Below are positions 1 to 9,640 of a DNA stretch of 64,000 bases, in pieces. The stretch lies in contig CBDCRP010000002.1 of NCBI GenBank assembly GCA_965221165.1, positions 384,001 to 448,000 of the forward strand. The letters run 5' to 3'. The position numbers and the translations under genes are program-made. The notes under the pieces are model-generated. The model saw only the letters and a list, made by a program, of their open reading frames with translations. It was not told the DNA's origin and did no database searches. Source of the DNA: a bacterium (GTDB lineage Bacteria; UBA8248). Numbering within the stretch: the stretch's first letter is position 1; every line of letters starts with the position of its first letter.

Positions 1-1040
1 GAAACGGGGTGTTCGACTCGCCGGATGAGGCCCCGGTGCGCGATTTGGGGGTCATCAAGCGCACGCGTGTAGTCGTTCACCGGGGAGAAGCCCACGCGCT
101 CGGCTTCCAAGCGTTCCTGCCATTCGGCCATCGTCCGCGAGGCGAAAATCTTAGAAACGCGCTCGTTGATGGCGTCTCTGTTCGCCACGCGCGCCCGCGC
201 GGTGGAAAAGCGTGGGTCCTCCAGGCAGTCCTCGATTCCCAGCGCGCGGCAAAAGCCCGGCCAGAAACCGTCGTGCTGCACGATGACGGTGACGTACTCC
301 CCATCGCTCGTTTTATAGGTGTTCGCGGGCACCCGGATGGGGTTCTGGTTCCCGTGCCGACCGGGGGCTACGCCCGCCTGGAGCGTCTCGCCCATGCGCG
401 GCCCCAGGGCGGCCACCATGGCGTCCTGTATGCTAACGTCGATGTAGCGGCCCTCGCCCTCGCGCCGCACCGCGTGGAGCGCGCTCACGATGGCGTAGGC
501 TGCGAACATGCCCGCCAGCACGTCGGCCAAAGGCGCGCCTATCTGGGTGGGGTCCTCCATTCCCGTCACGCTCATGACGCCCGAGACGGCTTGTAGAATC
601 GGGTCGATACCCACGCGGTCGCGATAGGGGCCGCTCTGGCCGAAGCCCGAGAGCGAGCAATAGACGATTTTGGGATTCGCCGAGCGCGCATCCTCCCAGC
701 CGAGGCCCAATTCGGTCAGCTTGCCGGGCGCCATGTTTTCGATGAGCGCATCGGCCTCCCCCGCCAGGGCGCGCACGGCGTCCCTGCCCGCGCTCGTCTT
801 CATGTTGATGGCGACACTCTTTTTCGAGCGGTTGTTCGCATAAAAATAATCCTCGTGTTCCTCGCGATCCTTGTAGCGGGTGATGCGGCGCGTATCGTCC
901 CCGAAGCCGGGGCGCTCTATCTTCACCACCTCGGCCCCCATGTCGGCCAGCATCGTGGCGCAGAAAGGACCCGCGACTACCTGTGTGAAATCCAGCACCC
1001 GGAATCCGCTCAAAGGCGCGGCTGCTTTCTCTTCTTGCAT
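1..1040 (-). CDS. CaiB/BaiF (family III) CoA-transferase, 3' end runs off the window
   Basis: Absent from the ORF track because no stop is in the window. Manual translation from ATG 1040: MQEEKAAAPLSGFRVLDFTQVVAGPFCATMLADMGAEVVKIERPGFGDDTR...NRSKKSVAIN...YCSLSGFGQSGPY, all family III motifs; GAGGGAGAG RBS. Confidence 0.93.
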   Translation of the reverse strand, partial: MQEEKAAAPLSGFRVLDFTQVVAGPFCATMLADMGAEVVKIERPGFGDDTRRITRYKDREEHEDYFYANNRSKKSVAINMKTSAGRDAVRALAGEADALIENMAPGKLTELGLGWEDARSANPKIVYCSLSGFGQSGPYRDRVGIDPILQAVSGVMSVTGMEDPTQIGAPLADVLAGMFAAYAIVSALHAVRREGEGRYIDVSIQDAMVAALGPRMGETLQAGVAPGRHGNQNPIRVPANTYKTSDGEYVTVIVQHDGFWPGFCRALGIEDCLEDPRFSTARARVANRDAINERVSKIFASRTMAEWQERLEAERVGFSPVNDYTRALDDPQIAHRGLIRRVEHPV

Positions 1041-1152
1041 CTCTCCCTCAACGGATGGAACCGGCGCGACGGAAGGCGGAAGACCTCATCGCCCCGGCTT
1101 ATTCGACAACAGCTAAATGAAGACTACATCCTGGATGTGCGCCCGGCGCGCA

Positions 1153-1238
1153 TGGTACCCGGGGCCGGACTCGAACCGGCACGGCCTCTCGGCCAAGGGA
1201 TTTTAAGTCCCTAGTGTCTACCATTCCACCACCCGGGC
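1153..1238 (-). tRNA. tRNA-Leu (anticodon TAA)
   Basis: Reverse complement GCCCGGGTGGTGGAATGGTAGACACTAGGGACTTAAAATCCCTTGGCCGAGAGGCCGTGCCGGTTCGAGTCCGGCCCCGGGTACCA: acceptor stem, GGGA-CTTAAAA-TCCC anticodon arm, long variable arm, GTTCGAG T-loop, encoded CCA. Confidence 0.97.
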
Positions 1239-1350
1239 AGGTGTGGGGAGAATACCCCACCAGGCGGCGTTTCCGCCACTTTGATACTTCTTGAGAGGGG
1301 GGAAAACTCCCAAAGGAAGCGGGAGGACGCGCGCGTATCTGCCGCACGAG

Positions 1351-1399
1351 AAGAAAAGGGCCGCAGGCGTGAGAGTGAAACCCCGCGCGCCGCGGCCCT
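1351..1399 (-). terminator. Probable intrinsic terminator
   Basis: Minus strand AGGGCCGC...GCGGCCCT stem followed by TTTTCTT, downstream of the LVIVD gene. Confidence 0.65.
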
Positions 1400-1497
1400 A
1401 CTTCGGCGAGAGATTATTGCCTAACCCGTGCAATTCACATCGTGAAGTCTTGGAGCTATCGTTACCAGGATCACCACCGGGCAGACAATTATGAAAG

Positions 1498-2772
1498 CTA
1501 GCCCGTGTACTCCATGATGTGCAGGCCCAGCCCCCAGCGATCGGCCATGTAGATGAGGCCCGTGTCCTTGTCCACCTGCACGTCGTTGCTCTGCGGGCAG
1601 CAGCGCTCCTTCGTGCCTGCGGGGATGTAGTAGCCCACCTCCTTGGGGCTGAAGGGATTCGACCAGTCCACCACGCGAAGGCCTGCGTTGAACCAGCAGA
1701 TGTACATGAGGTCGTCCTTCGTCATGTCGAGCCAGATGTTGTGCGCGCCGTGGCGCGAGCCCGTCTTGTTCCATTTATCATCCAGCGGCCGCATCTCGAT
1801 CGGGTCGATCTCATAGGGCATGAACGTGCTCACCGGCAGAGGCTCGTGAATGTTCCTGAGGTCGTAGAAGGTCACGAATGCAGGCGGATCGTCGCAGTTC
1901 ACCGTGGTGGTCTCCTGCGTCACGATGCCGAAATCAGACCCCTCCGGCACCAGGAAGCTGTGGTAACAGCCCGCCCAGCCGTGCGTCTCGTGCGGATTGT
2001 GGCGCCACATGAGTTCGGGCTTTGTCGGGTCGCTCAGATCAAACAGCGCGACCCCTGCGTCCCAATAGCCCGCCGTGACGTAGTTCCCCCAGGGATTTCC
2101 CTCGTGAATCCACGCGCCGTCGCCCACGATCTCGGGGTCCCAGGAGGGCGCTTCCCCATCCTTTTGGCCCGGAATCGCGCCCATGCCGATGAATTCGGGC
2201 GCCCAGGGGTCCTTCATGTCGTGGACGAGGAGCACCTTGCCCGCGTAGCCGTCCTTGAAGCCCGAGCTGTACATCAACTGACGCTTTCTGTCGTAGATCG
2301 GCCGGTGGATGCCGAATCCGTCCACTTCCACGTAGTTCACGAATTTGGGGTGGAACGGGTCGCGGTTATCAAAAATGCGCAAGCCGCCGATGGCGTCCGG
2401 GTACTGAGCGCGCAGGGCGGGCCTGAGCTCGGAGTTCGTGATCAGCACCTCGTCGTTGATGCGGAGCACCTTGTGCGTGCGCGCCGCCGGGCTGTCGACG
2501 ATCTGGTTGATGATCTTGGGATTCGTCGGGTCGGTGACGTCGAGAATCGTCATGCCGTCGTGGCCGTTCACGCCCGAGGCCGCGACGTAGCAGATGCCGC
2601 CGCCCACCTGAATCTGGAACGCGTCGCCCCAGCCGTTCAAGTCCGAATGGGCGACGAGGCGGACGTTATGCGCCTCTTCCTTCCAGGGTTCGGTGAGCAC
2701 GTGGTCCACGCCGGTGTAGGCGTCGTTGCCGCCGCCGCGAATGGGGTTTGGGTGATACGAGGGTCTGGGCAT
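1498..2772 (-). CDS. LVIVD-repeat beta-propeller protein
   Basis: Repeats GMTILDVTDP, GLRIFDNRDP, GVALFDLSDP, GLRVVDWSNP; several His motifs (RTHK, GIH, WIH, CYHS, GAHN). Start moved to ATG 2772 behind a GAGGA RBS. Confidence 0.85.
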   Translation of the reverse strand: MPRPSYHPNPIRGGGNDAYTGVDHVLTEPWKEEAHNVRLVAHSDLNGWGDAFQIQVGGGICYVAASGVNGHDGMTILDVTDPTNPKIINQIVDSPAARTHKVLRINDEVLITNSELRPALRAQYPDAIGGLRIFDNRDPFHPKFVNYVEVDGFGIHRPIYDRKRQLMYSSGFKDGYAGKVLLVHDMKDPWAPEFIGMGAIPGQKDGEAPSWDPEIVGDGAWIHEGNPWGNYVTAGYWDAGVALFDLSDPTKPELMWRHNPHETHGWAGCYHSFLVPEGSDFGIVTQETTTVNCDDPPAFVTFYDLRNIHEPLPVSTFMPYEIDPIEMRPLDDKWNKTGSRHGAHNIWLDMTKDDLMYICWFNAGLRVVDWSNPFSPKEVGYYIPAGTKERCCPQSNDVQVDKDTGLIYMADRWGLGLHIMEYTG

Positions 2773-2903
2773 GGTTCCTCCATCAAAAATGAATGATGCC
2801 GAACAAACGAACGTGTGAGATTCGCGGCGCATTCTATGGGAAGAGCGTGGACTTGGGAAAGGGCTTCGAGGGGATTTTTCGGTATTACGCCTCTAGGAAC
2901 AAA

Positions 2904-4025
2904 CTATTCTTCCCGAAACAGGCGGATGAAATCATCGAAAGGAGCGGGCGGAATTTTGGCGACCTCCATGTTCTCGACGACGTGGTCCATCTGGCGCATG
3001 CCCACCAGGGCGACGGCCACGCCGGGCGCGCTGCGGGTGAACTGGATTGCCCGCTGCCCGTCGGTGGAAAACCCCGGAAACACCTCCCCTATCATGGGGG
3101 GAAGCCCATCAGCCGCCTGGCCCTGGAGTATCGAGCCGCTCGTCATGACGGTAACGCCGTTTTTGGCCGCAGCGGCCAGAAAACACGTCATCTCGCCGTC
3201 CAGGGCCTGATTCGGCTTGTAGAAGGCCTCGGGCATGCCCAGGTTCAGCGGCAATTGAACGACCCTGAAATGGTGATCCTCCCCGCCCGCTGCCCGCGCA
3301 ACGCCCAGAACCTCTTCCAGCGATAGATACTCTCCCTCGCCCGGCTCCATGCGATACCCGTTCCAGGTGGCCGTGCCGTAGCTCCTGATCTTCCCCTCCG
3401 CCACGGCGCCCTCGAGCGCCTCGAAGGCGTCCCTGAGCCGGCTCAGGAAAACCTCGCGCGACACTTCCTGAAGCTGCGTCTCGGGGTTGTGCACGTAGTA
3501 GACGTCGATGGTCTCGACTCCCAGGTTCTTAATACTCGCATCGAGTTCGTGCCTCAGATACGCGGGCGTCATGCAGTGGCAGTTCGCAACGACGTCCTCA
3601 GGCGTGCAAACCCCCGGCTCGAAATAGGTTTTTTGCATGTAGTCCATGAAATCCGCCTGCCCCTGGGGCGGATGGGTATCGAAGGGGATGAATCCCCCCT
3701 TGGTGGCTATTACCAGCGCCTCCCTGCCCACTTCGCCCCCGGCGAACAAATCGTCCAAAGCCGCGCGGATGCTCCTTTCGCTGCGCTGGAAGCGGTAGTT
3801 CACCGCCGTGTCGATGACGTTGCATCCGCCCCGGACGGCGGCGGCCACGGATTCGCGATAGGCGGCGTCGGTCGCCTCGTCCGCTTCCCCGAGATAGGTG
3901 CCGATGCCGATCGAGGAGAGCCACAGACCGTCCAGTTGCCTGAAATGCTCGGGGTGCAAGACGGACGAATGGGCTTGCGCGTAGCTCTGCGTACCCTCGG
4001 TCGTGGCGAAACCTGCATGGGCCAT
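2904..4025 (-). CDS. Aldo/keto reductase family protein
   Basis: SSIGIGT, IDTAVNY, IATKGG, IDVYYVHNP, GKIRSYG motifs. Confidence 0.9.
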   Translation of the reverse strand: MAHAGFATTEGTQSYAQAHSSVLHPEHFRQLDGLWLSSIGIGTYLGEADEATDAAYRESVAAAVRGGCNVIDTAVNYRFQRSERSIRAALDDLFAGGEVGREALVIATKGGFIPFDTHPPQGQADFMDYMQKTYFEPGVCTPEDVVANCHCMTPAYLRHELDASIKNLGVETIDVYYVHNPETQLQEVSREVFLSRLRDAFEALEGAVAEGKIRSYGTATWNGYRMEPGEGEYLSLEEVLGVARAAGGEDHHFRVVQLPLNLGMPEAFYKPNQALDGEMTCFLAAAAKNGVTVMTSGSILQGQAADGLPPMIGEVFPGFSTDGQRAIQFTRSAPGVAVALVGMRQMDHVVENMEVAKIPPAPFDDFIRLFREE

Positions 4026-4275
4026 AAGTTCATATCCTAACGATTAGTGAAAAGATGGGTCATCCTACACGCATTGGGGATAAAAGGCGATGAGATGAAA
4101 TCCAGGGGTCTGCGTTCATCCGCCTCTAATTATCGTCTTGACACGGGCCGCTCATATCAACAATAATATTTTCACTCGATAACTTGATGGAGGAGCACTT
4201 TTCTTCGGCGATGGAGAAGCCCTCCTTTCTCAGGGATTCGCTTCGGACATCTTTCATCGTGGGGGCCGGGATACC

Positions 4276-4740
4276 TTGGAAATCAACATCAGCATCAACG
4301 GCGAGAGCCGGACATTCGATGTGGAACCCAGAACCCTTCTCGTTCATCTGCTGCGCGATGATGCGGGCCTCACGGGCACGCACGTCGCGTGTGAAACCTC
4401 GATATGCGGCGCCTGCACCGTCCTGATCGACGACAAGGCGGTGAAAAGCTGCACCGTCCTGGCCGCGCAGGCGGATGGTTGTGCGGTCACGACCATCGAG
4501 GGGCTCGCTGACGGTGAGCAGCTCCACCCCTTGCAGGAGCAGTTCTGGGAGAAACACGGCCTTCAGTGCGGCTACTGCACGCCGGGCATGATCCTGACGG
4601 CGAACCAGCTCATCGCGTCCAACTCCGATCCGACGGACGAGGAAATCAGGCACGGCATAGAAGGCAACATTTGCCGCTGCACGGGTTATCAAAACATCGT
4701 CGACGCCATTTCAGCGGCGGCGGCTCAGATGAGGGGATAA
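4276..4740 (+). CDS. coxS: 2x[2Fe-2S] small subunit, CO dehydrogenase/xanthine dehydrogenase family
   Basis: CETSICGACTV and QCGYCTPG...NICRCTGY cysteine motifs. Confidence 0.92.
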   Translation: MEINISINGESRTFDVEPRTLLVHLLRDDAGLTGTHVACETSICGACTVLIDDKAVKSCTVLAAQADGCAVTTIEGLADGEQLHPLQEQFWEKHGLQCGYCTPGMILTANQLIASNSDPTDEEIRHGIEGNICRCTGYQNIVDAISAAAAQMRG

Positions 4741-4743
4741 GAG

Positions 4744-7071
4744 ATGGCCCAAGCCCCCAAATTCATCGGCGCGCCCATCAAAAGACGAGACGATCCGCGT
4801 CTCATTCAGGGTCTCGCCCATTATGTGGACGATTTCAACCCTGCCGGCACCCTGCACATGGCAGTGGTGAGAAGCCCCTTCGGCCATGCCGCCATACGCT
4901 CGGTCGATATTTCCAGGGCGAAAGAAGCGGACGGCGTCGTAGCCGTCTACACGCACGAGGAGACGAAGGGCATCGGCCCCGTTCCCGTGGGCGGCCTCGT
5001 GCCCGACGCCAAGGTGCCGGAACAACCGATACTGGCCGATAAAAAAGTCCTGTTCGCCGGCGAACCCGTCGTCGCGGTTATCGCCGAGACGCGCTACGGC
5101 GCATGGGACGCGGCGGAATTGGTCGAGATCGACTACGAGCCGCTCGACGCCGTGGTCGACCTGGAAAAGGCTCTCGAGCCCGGCTCGCCCAAGGTGCACG
5201 ACGCCTATGAGAGTAACGAGGCGTTCAAATGGGGGATCGCCGGCGGCGACGTGGAAGCCGGCTTCCAGGAAGCCGACGTCATCGTCAAGGAGAAGATCAC
5301 CAACGCCCGCGTCGCCCCGCTGGCACTGGAGCCCAGAGGCGTTCTGGCGCACTACCTCCCCGGCGAGGACAAGATGACGATATGGACCTCCACCCAGGTG
5401 CCCCACAAGGTGCGCACGCTGGTGGCGCTCCAGATCGGTATGCCCGAGAACCGCATGCGCGTCATCGCGCCGGAAGTAGGCGGCGGCTTCGGCAGCAAGC
5501 TCAACATCTACCGCGAAGAGGCGCTCGCCGCTTACGTCACGCGCGAACTCGGCCTTCCGATCAAGTGGGTGGAAAGCCGTTCAGAGAACTTCATGACCAC
5601 CATCCACGGGCGCGGCCAGGTGGGCGAGGTGGAAATGGGCCTCAAGAGCGACGGCACCGTCACCGCGTTCCGCTACAACGTGCTGGCCGATTGCGGGGCC
5701 TACTACCAGTTGCTCACCGTGGCCATCTTCACGCTGACGGGCCTCATGCTTCCCGGCCCCTACAAAATCGAGAACATCGAGATGAACGCCACCGGCGTAT
5801 TCACCAACAAGGTGGCGACCGACGCCTACCGGGGCGCGGGCAGGCCCGAGGCGACCTACATTCTCGAACGCATGATGGACATCGCGGCGATAGAACTGGG
5901 CATGGACCCCGTGGATATCAGGCGCAAGAATTTCCCGGATAAATCCGAGTTCCCCTTCAGCACGTCCGCAGGTCTCAGCTACGACAGCGGGGATTACCAC
6001 CTGGCGCTCGACCGCGCGCTCGAAGCGGCGGATTACCCCGCCATGCGCGCGCAGCAGGAAGAAGCCAGAAAAGACGGCAGGTATCTGGGAATCGGCTTTT
6101 CCACCTACGTCGAGATATGCGGCATGGGACCCTCCGCCGCACTGGGCGGCCAGGGTTGGGAGAGCGCGCGCGTGCGCGTGGAGCCCACGGGCAAAGCCAC
6201 CGTGTTCTCGGGCGCATCGCCCCACGGACAGGGCCAGCAGACTTCTTTCGCCCAGATCGTGGCGGACGGGCTGGGCATCTCCGTGGACGACGTGACCGTC
6301 ATCCACGGAGATACCGACGTGGTTCCCTACGGCGTGGGCACCTTCGGCAGCCGGGGCACCGTGGTGGGCGGCTCGGCGGTCGTCTACGCGCGCGACAAGG
6401 TGCGGGCCAAAATGGCCAAGTTCGCGGCGATGGAATTCGAGGCCGACGAGGACGACATCGAATTCGAGGACGGCAAGGTATTCGTCAGGAGCGCGCCCGA
6501 GAAATCGGCCGGCTTCGCCGAGGTCGCGATGATGGCCTACAGCGCCATCGCGCTTCCCGAAGACACCGACCCGGGCCTCGAGGAGACGCACTTCTTCGAG
6601 CCGAGCAACTTCACCTTCCCCTTCGGGACGCACATCGTCCTGGCCGAGGTCGACCCGGAAACGGGCGAGGTGGAGATTCTCCGCTACGTGGCGGTGGACG
6701 ACGTGGGCAACATGATCAACCCGCTGCTCGTGCACGGACAGATCCACGGCGGCATCGCCCAGGGGATGGGACAGGCTCTGGAAGAGGAGATGATTTACGG
6801 CGAGGGCGGGCAGCCGCTCAACGCATCTTTCATGCACTACGCCCTTCCCAAGGCGAACAGGCTGCCCCGCTTCGAGCTTCTGCACACCACCACGCCGACG
6901 GACGTGAACCCCCTCGGCGCGAAAGGAGTGGGCGAGGCCGGCACCATCGGCTCGACACCCGCCGTAGTGAACGCCGTGCTCGACGCTCTCTCGCCATTCG
7001 GCATCACGCACATCGACATGCCGCTGCGCCCCGAGAGGTTGTGGCGCGCCATCGCCGAGAAGAGGGCCTAA
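4744..7071 (+). CDS. coxL: Molybdopterin large subunit, form II CoxL-like
   Basis: GGGFGSK, AYRGAGRPEA (form II signature rather than form I AYxCSFR), GQIHGGIAQG, AKGVGEAG. Confidence 0.88.
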   Translation: MAQAPKFIGAPIKRRDDPRLIQGLAHYVDDFNPAGTLHMAVVRSPFGHAAIRSVDISRAKEADGVVAVYTHEETKGIGPVPVGGLVPDAKVPEQPILADKKVLFAGEPVVAVIAETRYGAWDAAELVEIDYEPLDAVVDLEKALEPGSPKVHDAYESNEAFKWGIAGGDVEAGFQEADVIVKEKITNARVAPLALEPRGVLAHYLPGEDKMTIWTSTQVPHKVRTLVALQIGMPENRMRVIAPEVGGGFGSKLNIYREEALAAYVTRELGLPIKWVESRSENFMTTIHGRGQVGEVEMGLKSDGTVTAFRYNVLADCGAYYQLLTVAIFTLTGLMLPGPYKIENIEMNATGVFTNKVATDAYRGAGRPEATYILERMMDIAAIELGMDPVDIRRKNFPDKSEFPFSTSAGLSYDSGDYHLALDRALEAADYPAMRAQQEEARKDGRYLGIGFSTYVEICGMGPSAALGGQGWESARVRVEPTGKATVFSGASPHGQGQQTSFAQIVADGLGISVDDVTVIHGDTDVVPYGVGTFGSRGTVVGGSAVVYARDKVRAKMAKFAAMEFEADEDDIEFEDGKVFVRSAPEKSAGFAEVAMMAYSAIALPEDTDPGLEETHFFEPSNFTFPFGTHIVLAEVDPETGEVEILRYVAVDDVGNMINPLLVHGQIHGGIAQGMGQALEEEMIYGEGGQPLNASFMHYALPKANRLPRFELLHTTTPTDVNPLGAKGVGEAGTIGSTPAVVNAVLDALSPFGITHIDMPLRPERLWRAIAEKRA

Positions 7072-7073
7072 GA

Positions 7074-7946
7074 ATGATTCCAGCTTCTTTCGACTACGTT
7101 CGACCACAATCGCTAGAAGACGCTCTCGCGCAACTCGGGGAGCATGGAGAGGAAGCGCGAGTCCTCGCCGGAGGCCATAGCCTTCTGCCCGTGATGAAGG
7201 CGAGGCTCGCCGACCCGGGCGTCCTCATCGACATCGCCCACATCGAGGGCCTCTCGGGCATCACCGAGTCTGAGGGCGGAGTTCGCATCGGCGCGATGGC
7301 GACCCACGCCGAAATCGAGAATTCATCTCTGGTGCAGGAAAAATGCCAGGCCCTCGCGGAAGCGGCGGGCTCGATTGGCGACGTGCAGGTAAGGAACCGG
7401 GGCACGCTGGGCGGCTCTCTCGCCCATGCCGACCCCGCCGCCGACTACCCGGCGGCCGTACTCGCGGCGGGAGCGGAAATAACCGCAGCAGGCGCGGATG
7501 GCGAGCGCGTCATCGTAATCGATGATTTCTTCACGGGCACGTATGAAACGGCCCTCGCCCCCGGCGAGATTCTCACATCCGTTCGCATACCGGCTCCGGC
7601 CGCGCGGGGCGGAAGTGCGTATCTCAAGGCGGCGCAACAGGCGAGCGGCTTCGCGGTTTGCGGCGTGGCGGCTCAACTCACACTGGACGGAAACGGCTCT
7701 GTCGAATCCATCCGCGTGGGCGTGACGGGCGTGGCCGCGCCCGCCTATCGGGCCACAAACGTCGAGGACGCCCTCATGGGCAGCGCGCCGAGCGCGGAGT
7801 CGATTCGCAAGGCGGCTGCGGGGGCTGGTGAGGGCGTCGATGCGCTGGATGATTTTTACGCCGGGGCGGATTTCAGACGCCATCTGGCCGGCGTCTATGC
7901 CGCGCGCGCCATCGGCAAGGCCTGGATCCGCGCCTCGGGCAACTAA
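7074..7946 (+). CDS. coxM: FAD-binding medium subunit
   Basis: MIPASFDY start at 7074; LAGGHSLLP, QVRNRGTLGGSLAHADPAAD. Confidence 0.9.
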   Translation: MIPASFDYVRPQSLEDALAQLGEHGEEARVLAGGHSLLPVMKARLADPGVLIDIAHIEGLSGITESEGGVRIGAMATHAEIENSSLVQEKCQALAEAAGSIGDVQVRNRGTLGGSLAHADPAADYPAAVLAAGAEITAAGADGERVIVIDDFFTGTYETALAPGEILTSVRIPAPAARGGSAYLKAAQQASGFAVCGVAAQLTLDGNGSVESIRVGVTGVAAPAYRATNVEDALMGSAPSAESIRKAAAGAGEGVDALDDFYAGADFRRHLAGVYAARAIGKAWIRASGN

Positions 7947-8045
7947 CGCCTCCCTTGCGGGCGTGCATATTCCCCGACAAAACGTGTTTTCCTCCCATCG
8001 CCCGCATAACTTGCGGGCGATTTTCATGTCCGTAGCGATTTCAAA

Positions 8046-8870
8046 TTGAATAGCGCCCCGCTTCTGCCCTCGATCCCCTGGCTCGCGCACGAGAGCGCGC
8101 GCTTTATCGCCCATCTTCGCGCGCTTTCAGATGCCGATTGGCTGAAGCCCACCTTCTGCCCGGGATGGAACGCGGCCCAGCTCATCGGCCACATGACGGG
8201 AGGGGCCGTCTCCTATGCCGAGCGTATCCGGGCGACGCGCAGAGGAGAGGTCATCCTCTCTCTCGGGGCCGGGACGCCGGCGGAATTTCAGGCGGCGCGC
8301 GATGCCATCACCCGAAAATCCATCGCCATGCCCTCCCAAGAGCGCATCGACTGGATAGAGCAAAGCCAGGACGCGCTCCAGGATGAATTGACGCGCTTAG
8401 AACCCGGCGATCTGGACCGAAAACTCTGGCACCGGAAGGGCGACACACGGGTGCGAACTTTTCCCGATCAGCGCCTCTACGAAGTGGCGCTTCACGGCTG
8501 GGATTTGGAAAACCGGCCCGACTCACCGCTTGAGACCGAATCTCTGGGCGCGCTCGTGGCGATCCTCGAAACGAGGCTTCCCATATACGTCAACCGCGCC
8601 GCGCCTACTGGAATTACGGGTGTGTTTCGCTTCGAGACGACGGCACCCGGGGCGGCATGGGAAATGGCGATAGCAGGTGGCGAAGCATCGCCCACGGAGG
8701 GTCTATCTGAGGCGCCCGACGCCGCTTTCTCCGCATCTGCGAGCGACATGGTGCTCTTGTGCGCGGGCCGGGCGAATCGCGCGCAGAAAATCGAGAATGG
8801 CTCTCTACGCATTCAGGGAGACGCGCAAAAAGCAACAAAACTCATGGACGTCCTCTTTCAGCCCTTTTGA
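8046..8870 (+). CDS. Maleylpyruvate isomerase-like (DinB/MDMPI) protein with C-terminal SCP2-like domain
   Basis: DWLKPTFCPGWNAAQLIGHM, RLYEVALHGWDL, C-terminal GSLRIQGD. Confidence 0.75.
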   Translation: MNSAPLLPSIPWLAHESARFIAHLRALSDADWLKPTFCPGWNAAQLIGHMTGGAVSYAERIRATRRGEVILSLGAGTPAEFQAARDAITRKSIAMPSQERIDWIEQSQDALQDELTRLEPGDLDRKLWHRKGDTRVRTFPDQRLYEVALHGWDLENRPDSPLETESLGALVAILETRLPIYVNRAAPTGITGVFRFETTAPGAAWEMAIAGGEASPTEGLSEAPDAAFSASASDMVLLCAGRANRAQKIENGSLRIQGDAQKATKLMDVLFQPF

Positions 8871-8897
8871 GCGCAGCGCGGGAGCAGGGGAAAAGTC

Positions 8898-9410
8898 ATG
8901 CGGCTCGTCATCGATGGATACAACCTCATACCCGCCATCGCCGAACTCAGGCGCGTTCTTCATCAGGATTTGGAAGCCGGGCGCGAGGGCCTCGTCGAGA
9001 TGCTCCAGAGCTACCGCAGGAATTCTCAGGGAAATCCCCAGATTACCGTCGTGTTCGACGGCAAATCCCACCATGACCGAGGGGGGAGAAGCCCGGGCGG
9101 CGTGGAGGTGTTGTTCTCCAGACACGAAATCGCCGACGCGCTTATCCTGCGTCTCTTAAAAGACAAATATAGGGGAGCGGTTCTCGTCACCTCGGACAGG
9201 GCGCTCGGCGAGGCGGCGGCACCCTTCGCGTCTGCGGTCGTGCGGACGGGCGAGTTCCGGGATCGGCTCCATCAGGCGGCCTTCATGGAAGATGACGCGC
9301 CAGAAGATGAGCCATCCAGAACGCCCAGGCACGACACGAAGAAAAAAGGAAACCCCAGGCGCGCGCCCAAAAAAGAGCGCAAAAGAAACCGGCAACTCAA
9401 GAATCTTTAG
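8898..9410 (+). CDS. NYN-domain (YacP-like) ribonuclease
   Basis: LVIDGYNL, VVFDG, ADALI, LVTSDRAL; basic tail KKKGNPRR. Confidence 0.85.
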   Translation: MRLVIDGYNLIPAIAELRRVLHQDLEAGREGLVEMLQSYRRNSQGNPQITVVFDGKSHHDRGGRSPGGVEVLFSRHEIADALILRLLKDKYRGAVLVTSDRALGEAAAPFASAVVRTGEFRDRLHQAAFMEDDAPEDEPSRTPRHDTKKKGNPRRAPKKERKRNRQLKNL

Positions 9411-9640
9411 CGCGGTGCCCATGCGAGGCGGGCGCTGGCACCTCGCGCGGCGGTTTTCGTCTCTTTTCCCGAAAACCCATCGCCCTGTCCGGCACACGCA
9501 GTTTTTCGCAGCCCCGCGCGGGAATCGCATGACCCCTACGTTCATGTGAATGTCCTTGGAATAGAATACCGCTCAGCTTTTCAATCGCCCGCGCATGGCC
9601 CCGAAATGCAGGATGATGGAGAGCGTCGCCCGTATAAAAC

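Noticed and set aside
1153-1238. tRNA as an integration site for a genomic island
   Set aside because: No integrase and no duplicated tRNA 3' end noticed in the window.
6117-7073. 609-aa ORF suggesting a long N-terminal extension of CoxM
   Set aside because: The extension is an Arg/Gly-rich off-frame overlap of coxL; the family start MIPASFDY is at 7074.
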